Source: Octopus vulgaris (lineage: Eukaryota). From it: DNA of 64,000 nucleotides. The translations under genes were made by a program, and so were the position numbers. The stretch lies in the NCBI GenBank assembly GCA_951406725.2, contig OX597822.1, positions 17,856,001 through 17,920,000 on the forward strand, written 5' to 3'. This document shows, piece after piece, positions 25,420-40,037 of the stretch. The notes below the pieces were generated by a model. It did not search any database. It had not been told where the DNA came from and worked only from the letters and a program-made list of their open reading frames with translations. Numbering within the stretch: position 1 is the first letter of the stretch; each line of letters starts with the position of its first letter.

Positions 25420-25839
25420 ATATACACATTCTAAATTTCACCTGTCTCTCAACTTGCCTGAAGGTCCTGTGTGCTGACAGGTGAAACTCTGAATAGCAAG
25501 AGGCTGACTCAAACAAAATAGAATAGATCTCTGTTATGGTATTGAGTATACTTTTTGCTGCCAGTCAATACCGTGTGTGTTCTTTATGTGTGTATCTGAG
25601 AGTTTGTGTCCCTTCGGTTGACATTATGCGATAGTTGTAAAATGAGTATCACCATAATACAAACAATGTCTTTGGTGAAATCATGTGAAGCTATGGGAAC
25701 CATAATCTTGCTCCGAAACTGGTGAAGGTTGGTAGCTGGAAGCATGTCTGCCTGCAAAAGAATCTGCCTTAATGAATTCCATCTGAGCCATGCAAAAAGG
25801 GGGAAGTAGACATTAAAACGATGATATAGGCACACACGC

Positions 25840-25871
<32 letters not shown>

Positions 25872-26256
25872 GCATGCACACATACACACACATGCATGTA
25901 CGCACACACACACACACACACACACATACACAATCATTTCTGTTGATTCACCAAGAAGCAAGAAATCACAGAACTCAGAACATAAATATAGAGATTTATT
26001 CATTAATGCATTCTAATAGAAAGGCTCATAAGTGACAGTATTTAGAGTTTCATGTCATTCGCTCTTTCATCTCGAAACCCAAACCGGTTCTTCTCTTGAA
26101 TTGTTTGAATATATTTTCAAATATCATAAAAGTGCTTTCAAGAAAATGTTTATCTTTTATTTTTATGTTTAAAAAACAAAAAAAAAAAAAAACCACATGT
26201 GAGCATGCGTATGTAAAAACACCTGTTTCAAGCTCCAATCTGTTGTTTCATTATTG

Positions 26257-26270
26257 GTTGCCATGGAAAT
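26257..26270. promoter_or_regulatory. Candidate RFX X-box overlapping a reverse CCAAT box
   Basis: GTTGCCATGGAAAT versus the X-box palindrome GTTGCCATGGCAAC, with ATTGG at 26253-26257. It lies in TE-poor sequence. Motif match only. Confidence 0.3.
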
Positions 26271-26587
26271 ACTCCAGACATTCTTTTTCTTAAATTATTG
26301 TATTTGTCTTTGAAACACCATTCGAGAGAAGTGATTCTAAGAACCACCTTCATCTGGAATTATGTTGTTTTAAGCAATATTCGAAAAACAGTTAAAAAGG
26401 TTTCCTGTTTATATTCCACCCAACGCAAGAGATTTTGTTTTTTATTGAATAAATGTTTCTGTTAAGTCTTTTGAATTTTTTTTTTATCACTTTGAGTAGA
26501 AACAGTTCTACAGAACCATCTGAGTACTTTTTTCAATTCTTGTCATTTAAGCAATAAGATTCAAAACTAGAATCTTATTGCTTTACA

Positions 26588-26634
<47 letters not shown>

Positions 26635-26751
26635 AGGCTGGCGCTTAAACCAATTTTCACAATGCATAATAAGTGTTTTAAACTACATTGCACAGCTGTT
26701 GTTGGACTTCATTTACAGCTGAGTGGACTGGGCCCAAGGAGAAATGGGGTG

Positions 26752-26895
26752 CTTTCTCAGATTTGTATGGCCCAGTCACGTTCATCCATTGTCATTCAAA
26801 TGTAATCCTTTATTGACTAGCTTGAGCAATGGACAGTATCGTGTGTTCATGTAGACCTAGACATTGAACGTTTTTTATTGGATGTCTAACCCAAG
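26752..26895 (+). repeat. 144-bp direct repeat, copy A (inserted within a SINE remnant)
   Basis: Identical by eye to 27393-27536. Confidence 0.95.
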
Positions 26896-27392
26896 AACAC
26901 TTCTGATCCAGGAATTGAAACTCTGATCTTACTTGTGTGAGTGCAACACCTTAACCACATGGCCACATGGTAACCTTCACATTGCAACTCTTTCCCCTCG
27001 TTCTTTCCTCCTCCTCTATCACTACCAGGAAAAACAAAACGAAAAAAACAACAACAAAAGAATTCAACTCTGCCTGGAACTGGAGAGAATGAGTTCCAAC
27101 TAGTTTGAAATAGCCAAACTATATCACGTGTTACAATAACTCTTCCACTACAGTCTCAGGGGTTGAGGTTCTGTTACCAAACGGAAGAAAAGAAGGACTC
27201 GCATAGGAGGGAGAGTTTGTAGCTTTATCATTGATAATTCATTTGTAAAACACAACTGAGAACATATTTATAAAATAAAAATGCAAAAGAAAAAAAAAAT
27301 CACTGATTTGGTTATTTCCACCTGCAGAGTTAAATGTGCAGGTAAGAATACACAATAGAGATTACCATTTCCAGTGCTGTTATCTGGTTGAA

Positions 27393-27536
27393 CTTTCTCA
27401 GATTTGTATGGCCCAGTCACGTTCATCCATTGTCATTCAAATGTAATCCTTTATTGACTAGCTTGAGCAATGGACAGTATCGTGTGTTCATGTAGACCTA
27501 GACATTGAACGTTTTTTATTGGATGTCTAACCCAAG
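27393..27536 (+). repeat. 144-bp direct repeat, copy B (probable donor)
   Basis: ctttctcagatttgtatggcc...ggatgtctaacccaag, embedded in unique sequence. Confidence 0.95.
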
Positions 27537-28121
27537 TGCATCCTTGCCAGGGTGTCCATAGCATCCATTATTTTTTACTTCATTAATATTCTGTATAGCA
27601 AGTTAGTTATTACAATACCAACAGACAACAAGGAAAGCTATACTACCACTGATGACGTTTCATAAGGTAAAAGCTTTCAAAGTTATCTCCCTTGCTCACT
27701 CTGCCAAAGAATAATCTTAGCTAACAGTTAATATCTTTTTTCCTAATTACTGCATTTTATCCCTCCTGGTGTTGTAAATATTTAGAAATAAGTAAAAAAA
27801 AAAATGTTCAGTTTTTTGAGATATTTTCTGACATTGAAAAATAGCTCTATCTCTTTCTTAAAGTGAAATGTTATGATTATAATGTTTCGTCTCACAATCT
27901 GTTCTCATTGCATCTTCAAAATAACAAATGACTCTCTAAAAGCCTACTTCCCCATCTGTACAAGCACACACGCACATACCTTAGCCATGCTTGATGCAAT
28001 AGGTTTGCAGCCAAATATGTTATCTTGTCAATTCATGTTTTTTTTTATTTATCTATTTGTTAGTTGATTTTCTTTTCAGGTTTTTTTCTTTATTTATTTG
28101 TTTCCTTTATCCAATAAATCA

Positions 28122-28409
28122 TTACCATCTTATTTCTTCAAGATGTTGCATGTCCAACCCACAGGATCCCATTTCGGCAAGAACTCCCTTTGTTATTAAC
28201 ATGAACGCAGTTTCTCTGAACTTCTTTGGCAAACTTTTCTCCTGCTGCTGTGTTGCAGCATTGATTTTACCTCCTGGATAACACAATATGATATCTGCTA
28301 CACCTAATTTCCTTTTTTGCTGCAAGTCTATTTCTTCACCTACGAATTTGCTTGCACATTTTTCTGTAGATTTTAAAACAAATTCCCAAAGTGTGCAATC
28401 AGCTTGCAC
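28122..28409 (-). other. Unassigned non-repetitive 95-codon ORF (candidate exon 28363-28126 or TE ORF1 relic)
   Basis: Complex open frame with a possible acceptor aaaatctacag and donor ATG|gtaatg. The CYPGGKI motif loosely recalls LINE ORF1 SGNH domains. Confidence 0.25.
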
Positions 28410-28539
28410 TTTCTACTCATGCTTTTCAAAACCAATAGGTGCACTTGAAGAGCAACTGTTTCTCTTTGACTAAAACTATTTCGTCTGGTTCCTTTCCGAA
28501 TGGCACTATGCTGTGTGGTTATCCAGAAATAGACTTGAC

Positions 28540-28890
28540 TGTAGGACATCACTGAGGAAGTGAACAAGTTTAAGTGTATTGGGACCATATTCATGAATGA
28601 TGATAGACTGGAGGTGGCATTGGATGCTAGAATTGCAGGTGCTAATGCAGTAATGCACCATCTCCAGCCTTTGATCCTCAGAAGGGAAGAGGTTGGGAAG
28701 ATAACCAAACTTACTATTTCTAACTCAGTTTTTGTGCTATTGTCATGAATGTTGCGTAATGGCTGAGGAAGCTCAATTGGGAACCATAGGAGGTGAAATG
28801 GGGTTCCTCTGCAAGGACTCTGGAGTAATGTCTTTCAACAGAGTAAATAGCTCCGAGATCAGAGAGTCTCTCCAATTAAGGCTTCTACTT
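28540..28890 (+). mobile_element. Decayed Expander/Rex3-like RTE fragment
   Basis: [66 protein letters not shown]. Confidence 0.75.
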
Positions 28891-28938
28891 CACACACACA
28901 CATACATATACATATATATATATCTATATATATCTATA

Positions 28939-28997
<59 letters not shown>

Positions 28998-29132
28998 TAT
29001 ATATGAATATATATATATATATGAATATATATACGTATATATATATATATATACATATATATGAATATATATATATATGAATATATATACATATATATAT
29101 ATATATGAATATATATACATATATATATATAT
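28891..29132. repeat. Compound (CA)/(TA)n microsatellite with atgaat interruptions
   Basis: Direct reading of the sequence. Confidence 0.95.
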
Positions 29133-31687
29133 ATCATCATCATCATCATCGTTTAACATCCGTTCTCCATGCTAGCATGGGTTGGACGGTTCGACTGGGG
29201 ATCTGGGAAGCCAGAAGGCTGCACCAGGCTCCAGTCTTATCTGGCAATGTTTCTACAGCTGGTTGCCCTTCCTAACGCTAACCACTCCATGAGTGTAGTG
29301 GGTGCTTTTTACGTGCCACCGGCAAGGAAGCCAGTCGAGGCGGCGCTGGCATCGGCCACGATTCGGATAGTGCTTTTTACGTACCACCAGTCCAGGGGTC
29401 CTGGCATCTGCCGGGTGCCAGTCATAGGATTGGTTCAATTTCGATTCCGATTTCATTTGCCCCAACAGGTCTTCACAAGCAAAGGGGGCTGGCACGGGTG
29501 CCTGTCATCGGATAAAGTTCGATATCGACTTCGCTTGCCTCAACAGGTCTTTGTGTGTCCAAGGGAGGGAAGGCATGCATAAGTGGGCTGGACTCACTTG
29601 TCCTGCCTGGTCTTCTCACATACAGCATATTTCCAAAGGTCTCGGTCGCTGGTCATTTCCTCAGTGAGGCCTAAAGTTCGAAGGTCGTGCTTCACCACCT
29701 CGTCCCAGGTTTTCCTGGGTCTACCTCTTCCATGGGTTCCCTCAACTGCCAGGGATTGGCACTTTTTCACACACCTATCTTCATCCATTCTCACCACATG
29801 ACCATACCAGTGCAATCGTCTTTCTTGCACACCACAACTGATGCTTCTTAGGTACAACATTTCTCTCAAGGTACTAACATTCTGTCGAGTATGTACACTG
29901 ACATTACACATCCATCGGAGCATACTGGCTTCATTCCTCGCGAGCTTACGCATGTCCTCAGCAGTCATGGCCCATGTTTCACTGCCATGTAGCATGGCTG
30001 TTTGTACACATGCATCATACAGTCTGCCTTTTACTCTGAGCGAGAGGCCTTTAGTCACCAGCAGAGGTAGGAGCTCCTTAAACTTTGCCCAGGCTATTCT
30101 TACTCTAGCAGTTACACTTTTGACGCACCCACCCCTACTACTGACTTGGTCACCTAGATAACAGAAGCTATCAACTACTTCTAGTTTTTCCCCCTGGAAA
30201 GTGACGGAAGTTGTTTTCTGCAGATTTTCAGAGGTTAATGCTCCCGAGCATCTGCCACATACAAAAACTATCTTCCCAGTTAGCCTTCCTTTGACATTGC
30301 TGCACCTCTTATGTGTCCATAGCTTACACTGGGTACATCTTATAGAGTTTCTACCTACACCTTTCTACAGATCGAGCAGAGCCATCTTCCTGAAGACATT
30401 TGTGGATTGTCTACCATCCTACTTATTAGTGCTTTGGTTTTAGCTAGGTTGACTCTAAGGCCCCTCGATTCTAAACCCTCCGTCCACACCTGGAACTTCT
30501 CCACCAGTTCTGATAGTGACTCAGCAATTAGAGCAAGGTTATCAGCATAGAGGAGCTCCCAGGGGCAACCTGTCTTGAATTCCTCCGTAATTGCCTGGAG
30601 GACTATGATAAATAGGAGGGGGCTGAGAACTGAACACTGGTGGACCCCAACCTCTACTTTGAATTCTTCTGTGTACATGTTGCCAACCCTAGCCTTACTT
30701 ACGGCATCCCTCTACATGGCTTGCACAGCCCTCACCAGCCGTTCATCTATCCCTAGTTTCCTCATTGACCACCAGATAAGGGATCGGGGGACCCTGTCAA
30801 AGGCTTTCTCCATGTCAACGAAAGCCAGGTACAGGGGCTTATCTTTGGCTAGGTATTTCTCCTGCAGCTGCCTTACCAGGAATATAGCATCAGTGGTACT
30901 TTTCCCTGGCATGAACCCAAACTGCATCTCATCTAAACTAACTCTCTTTCTAATTAGTTGGGCTATGACCCTCTCCGTAACCTCCATTACCTGATCCAAC
31001 AGCTTGATACCTCTGTAATTATTTGTATCTAGGGCGTCACCTTTACCTTTGTAGCAGTTGACTAGTATGCTGCTACACCAGTCATTGGGTATGACTCCTT
31101 CGTGTATCACCTGGTTAACTATACGGGTGACTAGGTTATAGCCGACACTGCCAGATATTTTAAGCATCTCTGCAGTAATTCCTGATGGGCCTGGGGCTTT
31201 CCCTGTCTTCATGCTTCTAATTGCTTTAACTACCAAAGATGGCTGGTTTAAGATGGCTGGTCCCCTTGTTGGGTTGACATTCGGCAGACTCTCTTTATCC
31301 CATTCATTTTCTTTATTCAGCAAACTTTCATAGTGGCGTCTCCAAACCTCTCTCTTTGCATCCTCATTTAGCGCAAGTGAACCATCATCCATGCGGACAC
31401 ATTTCTCTCCTGCCAAGTTTAAGGCTGGTCCCCTTGTTGGGTTGACATTCGGCAGACTCTCTTTATCCCATTCATTTTCTTTATTCAGCAAACTTTCATA
31501 GTGGCGTCTCCAAACCTCTCTCTTTGCATCCTCATTTAGCGCAAGTGAACCATCATCCATGCGGACACATTTCTCTCCTGCCACATCACGATTCTCTCTC
31601 ACACACTGTCTTGCAACATGAAATACCTCAAGTCTTTTATCCTCACAGCTCAGAACATTGGCAAATTTTTTCTTATTCGCTTCTCCG
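29133..31687 (-). mobile_element. 5'-truncated RTE-clade LINE (RT domain, 3'UTR, (GAT)n tail) inserted in (TA)n
   Basis: KAPGPSG, NYRGIKLL, QFGFMPGKSTTDAIF, FVDMEKAFDRVP, GVHQCSVLSPLLF, LLYADNL, LHGSETW, RRLHWYGHV, GRGRPRKTW. Contains an internal 168-bp duplication. Confidence 0.95.
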
Positions 31688-31757
31688 ATATATATATATA
31701 TATATATATATATGAATATATATATATATGAATATATGGATATATATATATATATGG

Positions 31758-31786
<29 letters not shown>

Positions 31787-31788
<2 letters not shown>

Positions 31789-32388
31789 GAAGTGAATCTA
31801 TGGCACAACGAAGTACCGATATTTACTGGAAATAGCGAACATAATAATACGACGCTAATGTGTAGCTTCACCGCGTATGTACTATCAAAAATGCGTGAGT
31901 GCAACAAACTTGAAAAAAATTGTCTTACCTCCAGGGAGAACATCTAAAAGATGAAATTCCTAGAAAAGGATAATGTGGGACCGGCGCCGGTTTCAGATTT
32001 TTCAAGATATGCCTGCACACATATACTTGATCTATCTTCATCAGCCAAACATATACCATGACAACATTTCAGATGTTACCACATTAATGCCAATACACTC
32101 GACTGAAACGCCAAAATGCTAACAGAATGAGAACGGTGAAGAAGTTTCAATAAAATTAGTAATGCAATACGAGAGTATTGCTTTTTTGCTTTCCAGTAAA
32201 GAATAGCCCGTGAGGGAAAATTATACATAGAAGTAAATATATGGCACAACGAAGGACCGATATTTACTGGAAATAGCGAATGTAATAATACGACGCTAAT
32301 GTATAGCTTCACCGCGTATGTACTAGCAAAAATGCGTGTGTGCAACAAACTTGAAAAAAATTGTCTTGCCTCCAGGGAGAAAATCTGA
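31787..32388. repeat. Unclassified element: two ~160-bp direct repeats (period 441 bp) around a ~280-bp spacer
   Basis: tagaagt..atggcacaacgaag..cctccagggaga occurs at 31787-31947 and 32228-32388. It is CpG-rich and flanked by (TA)n on both sides. Confidence 0.85.
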
Positions 32389-34616
<2,228 letters not shown>

Positions 34617-35932
34617 CAACACTATGACTGGGTGCTGAAACGGCTGCTCAACCACTCAAATGTGGAAGTGATATATCTCGACTTTGCAAAGGCCTTTGAT
34701 AAAGTCGATCACGGAATGATATGTCACAAACTGCGTGATCTCAACATAGTTGGAAATCTTGGAGAATGGCTTCATGACTTTCTGAAAGATAGAAGTCAGG
34801 TGGTAGTAGCCACTTCCATTAACCCGCAAATAGTCAGGGGTATTCCGCAGGGCCCTGTTTTGGGACCACTACTGTTCATAATGGCCCTCTCAGACATGCC
34901 CTCAGCCACGCAGAGAGCCACGATCACAAGTTATGCAGATGATACAAAAGTTTCACAGGCAATACAGAACCCTGAGGACACTAAACGCCTGCAATGTGAG
35001 CTGGACAAAATATACAAGTGGGCTGAAAAGAATAGCATGCAGTTCAATGCTGAAAAGTTTCAAGCTTTATACTATCAGCATGCAAAACTAAATGCAATAC
35101 CCAATGAATACACTGGACCCGGAGGAATTGCAATCCCAGAGGCACAATCAGTGCGTGACCTGGGTATTTACATGAGTGATGATGCAACCTTTCATGTACA
35201 TGTTGCTAAATTGGCAATGAAATGTAGACGACTGGCCGGATGGATTCTTAGAACCTTTAGAACAAGAGAACAAGAAACCATGATGGTCCTCTGGAAGACA
35301 CTTGTCCTAAGCCACTTTGACTATTTCTCTCAGCTATGGTCACCATCCAGTGTCAAGCTGATCACAGAACTTGAGGCGATCCAACGTAGCTACACGAAGA
35401 ATATAGCCTCTGTGCAGAATGTAAGCTACTGGGAAAGACTCAAGAGATTAAAACTCTATTCCTGGGAGCGTAGGCGAGAAAGATATACCATAATATACAT
35501 CTGGAAGATCCTTGAAGGACTTGTTCCAAACTTTCGCATCGAGAGTTACACAAATGCCAGAACTGGGTGCCACTGCATGTAGCCAAGGACTCCAAATTTG
35601 CCATCAAGATGTAGGACAAGATACTGTGATAGCCTGGGCTTCCGAGGCCCACAGCTCTTCAATATCCTCCCGAAGAACCTAAGAGACCTGCATGGGGTGG
35701 ATGCAGATGTCTTTAAAATGAAACTGGATCTCTTCTTGTCAGGTATCCCAGATGAACCAACTTCACGGCAGGAGGTGCAGATGAGGGCAGCTGCATCGAA
35801 CTCTCTTATGCACCAAATGACATTTGCTAAAAAGCATTCGTGAAGTAAAACCATGTAGCAACACCAAATGGCGGTGCCCCAGCATGGCCACAGCTCGTGA
35901 GCTGAAACTAGAATCAATCAATCAATCAATCA

Positions 35933-35935
<3 letters not shown>
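34617..35935 (+). mobile_element. 5'-truncated young CR1-clade LINE with (AATC)n tail
   Basis: [59 protein letters not shown]. The ORF runs to 35843 with one in-frame stop at 35580. Flanked by (TA)n. Confidence 0.95.
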
Positions 35936-35980
<45 letters not shown>

Positions 35981-36308
35981 AGTATGGTTGGATGTATATG
36001 AAGTACTCTTGATCACACATGCGCTGGAATATAATATATAATTACTCATCCTTACACCTGCACACCCTGCAACCACCAACAACAGCACCCACTGCCCACT
36101 CTTCAAATGCAAAACAATGCATTTGTTGTGATGAAAGCAAATGTTAAACTGATCTTCCTCTTGCTTGTTCTCTCTTCCCTGTTGATTACATTCCCAACAT
36201 CGAGTTTTGATATTATAGAAAAATGTTTAACAGAATATTAATACAAAATGTTTTCTATTTATTCTTTCGTCCTTTCTTTTAATACATTCTGGCAGTGAAG
36301 TTTGCTTC

Positions 36309-36351
<43 letters not shown>

Positions 36352-36851
36352 CTGAGAAATAATTTCTAAAAAATACTAATGAAACAGATTAATAATAATA
36401 ATAATAATAATAATAATTTTTAAATGCATGTATATACATGCATACACTTATAAAATAATTAGAAACTTTTAGCACTTGTGTGACATATTTCAATCTTGTT
36501 TCCTTCCATATGGGTATTTTTCTCTCTAATTTTTTGCTATTATTTTCTTTCTTTGAGAATTTTTCAAAACTTTTTTTTGCGGCTTATCACATTGATAAGA
36601 GCCTTAGTTATTCTGAAATTAGTTTAATATCTGCTTGGCAAACTTTGCATATTTTGCTCTCTATAAATAAGTTGTTTTGTCATTTTCGCTACCTTTAATA
36701 TATGTATATATATATTTATATTAAGAAAAGAAAGATAGTCAGGATTTTAGATAAAAATTATTTATTTAGCACTTTCATCTCTTTTGAGAGATTCATCATG
36801 ATTGAATCTCTCAAATAATTTGTGTATATATTATATTATACATATACATAT

Positions 36852-37727
36852 CTCGGTGGTAACAAAATATTACCAGACTAATTCTGTTTAATAAAAATAA
36901 CTTATTTAGCTAAGTTTTAACATCATCTCTTTCAAAATAGTCCCCTTGAGCAGCAATACACTGGGCTCAGCTTTCTTCCACTTTTAGTTTCCAGCCTGAA
37001 AGTTGTTTTCTGTAAGTGAGTTGAGGACCTTCTGTGATTCCCTCTGGAGCTTGACATCAGTGTTAAAACAGCAACCTTTGGGATGCCCTTTCATCTTGGG
37101 GAAGAGAGGGAAGTCCACACGTACTAAATCTAGTGAATAGGGTGGGTGTGAAAGCAATACCATGTTGTCTTTGGCAAAAAACTCTTGGTGAAGAATCCAA
37201 TTCTTTGCGCTCCAAAGATCCAATCACTCTCACTGAAATGTCTTTCCTTTAATTCTTCAACATGTTGCAGTAGAACACTTGGTCGATTGTCTGGCCCCAG
37301 GGGGATGAATTCTCAATGCACAATACCACATTTCTGGGGGGTGACACTCGTGTCAGGTCTTCCACATTGCTCAGCATCTTCCAGAGATGTTCTTCTGTTT
37401 TTGAAGTGCTTGTGCCACTTGAGCACTGCATATGACCCATTGTCTCTTCACTGTAAGGATGCCAAAGCATGCTCAATGTGTCTGTAGCAGACTTCCCAAG
37501 ATTAACTTAAAATTTCACGTTGCCGTCTTGTTCCTGTCCATGACAAAATCGTGGGCCACAGCATGGACATGTTCACAAAATTACAAATTTCACAACTTGC
37601 AAATTAAACAGTGACTCAGTGCACTTCCTCATTAAGGTCACTGCTATCTCTCACTGTGCACACAACTGTGTGCTGCCACCTGTTGGCACACTGTAGAATC
37701 GTCTGGAAACCTTTTGATGCCACCTTG
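36852..37727 (-). mobile_element. Internally deleted, decayed mariner
   Basis: LSHPPYSLDLVRVDFPLFPKMK (YSPDLAPxD motif). Degenerate TIRs ggtggtaacaaaatattaccagact and gtctggaaaccttttgatgccacc. Same family as 60821-63490. Confidence 0.85.
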
Positions 37728-39973
37728 TGCATCATGTTACCATCCACTTATCCACACTTTGATGGGTTAGAAAGGAATTGTTGAGGTAGTTGTTGGATGG
37801 CTGTCCAGTCACCAACTCTCTCTCTCCTTTTTCCGAAATAATATTTTTTCCATGTAAAGCAGATTGGAAACAAATGACAACTGCTTGAATGATAGTAGTC
37901 ATCAGCTGTGGCAATCTTCTCACAAAGCGTTGGGTTCATGTGGAAGAAAGAATTTTGCTCAGGTTCCATGGTTGTTCACTGACAACGTTAACTGCATCTA
38001 CCTTACTGATGTGGAAGGGTACCATGCAAACATACCTCTGTATATATGATTATATATTCATATGAAGAAGAAGAAGAAGAAGAAGAAGAAGAAGAAGACA
38101 AACAAGGAGAAGAAGACGAACAAGAAGAAATTCAAGTTCCTGAAAGTTTTAATCCTTATATTGTTTCTGCCTTCATATCACAAAATGTATTATTTATGAC
38201 AGCCGTAAATGTCTCCTTGAAAAAGCCCCAATGTGCCACCCTGCTCCGAGGCATTACCCTAGCCTTACTTACTACACTGCACACTTGAACTACAATGATT
38301 TGATGTACTACAATGGCCTGGAGCATGGGTCAGTGCATCAGAACAGAAATTCCATTTTTAAGTTGGTAACCACATCCAATAACCATTACTCATGTGTGTG
38401 TGTGGGGGGGGGGCGTTAACCCCCGTAGAGTGGAATTCTTTGATCACTTGCATTACTACCACCTTATCCATATTCTTTGTTAGTATTTCAATTGGTTTTT
38501 CTAATCTACAAGAACCACTCCAACAACAGCAACAACCCTATTTGCACCACTTAACAACTTGTGTGTTTTTATTAAGCCACTTCTCTGGATACAACTATGA
38601 AGTAGTATAAAAAATTCAGGGGGTGTTTTTCACCACCCCCTAACTACTGCCCCTTCTCCTCCCTTTGAATGTGTTCCTTGTGAATGGTGGGAAATGATAA
38701 ATTGGCTTTTACTGACTCAAAGAAAAGTGGAATTATCAGCCACAAGTAAAGAAAAAGAAGGGGTGGCTCACAGGAAAAAGAAAAATGGATTAAGGCAAAG
38801 CAAATGGATTCAGTCTTGAAAGTTTCATAAAAACTTCATGCTTTTTTTTTGTCTGTTTAAAGAAACCGATTGTAGAAGCATCGATAAGGATTTTTCATTA
38901 ATGATTATTAGAACAACATTTAGATTTAGTTGCTCAATTCATTTGTTATTCTTCATTATTCCCCTCACCTTTCTTTTTCTTATTTAATTCTTGGAATATT
39001 AAACGAAAAATTAAGATACGTTTATGTATGTATATGTGGCAGGCAACTGGGGGGACACGGGGTGATAGTGGACCGATTAGAAAGATGTTTCTTTTAATAC
39101 ATTTTCGTCACAATTTTTTGGCTTGCTTCTTTTTTTTTTTGAAAGAATTACAATAGTTTTCAAATAAAAGATGTTTTAACTTTCTCCTAAATTTATTTTT
39201 TCATTTTGCTTTTGTTTGTTGTTTTAAAGAACATGATACGACTTTCATTGATTAGACTCAAGTCTCTATGTTTTTCTTTTCTCTTTAATTCAACAAAATG
39301 GTATTAACTTTATATGAAAGTCATGATGATGATGATGATGATGATAATAATAATACCAACAATAATAAACATGATGCTGATGGTAATAATAGTAATAATA
39401 ACAGTTGCAGTAATAAATAGATAAATAAACGTATAAATAAGTTTTATTGTTGTTAACATGATATCTCTGAAGAAAATGGAGAGAAAAAAAAACCATCTTG
39501 TATTGCATGGCGAAATGAATAGAAAAACCAACTTTTCTGATAGGCTTTCTTTCTTAATATTCCCTTCTGCTGGAATTTTTGTCTCTCCATATCACAATCA
39601 GGGAAAAAATTTTTTAAAAGTGCATTTGTGTTTTGTGTGTGTGTGTGTGTGTGTGTGTGTTTAAATAAGGTTGCCAACTTATATCTTGATATCGTTTATA
39701 ACTTAAAATATGTCGCTCAAAAGCAGCTTCCTGTTTCATGTAATTGAGATGGCATTGTTGTTGTTGTTATTTTAATTAAATATTTATCATGTCTTGACTA
39801 AGATAGATGACACCTTTTCCTTATAATTCCTTCTTTATATTTTTAGTTAAGTAATAATAACAGAAACAACATTAATAAAATTGTAATTATAATAATAAAG
39901 ATTAATGATGATGATGATGTTTTTCCTTTATCCTTTCTTTTTACATACTTTCCCCACTTCCTTCACCTATTAG

Positions 39974-40037
39974 AGAAGCTGACCTGGAGATTATGGCCAG
40001 GAATGTGGCACAAAACAACATGAACCTCTGTTCTTTG
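39974..40037 (+). CDS. Candidate 64-nt internal exon (EADLEIMARNVAQNNMNLCSL) of an unidentified host gene
   Basis: About 50-nt polypyrimidine tract ending cacctattag, a single open frame, donor TTG|gtaaag, and more than 1 kb of TE-poor upstream sequence. Confidence 0.35.

Noticed and set aside
38046-38288. Poly-Glu ORF
   Set aside because: It is produced by a (GAA)n microsatellite.
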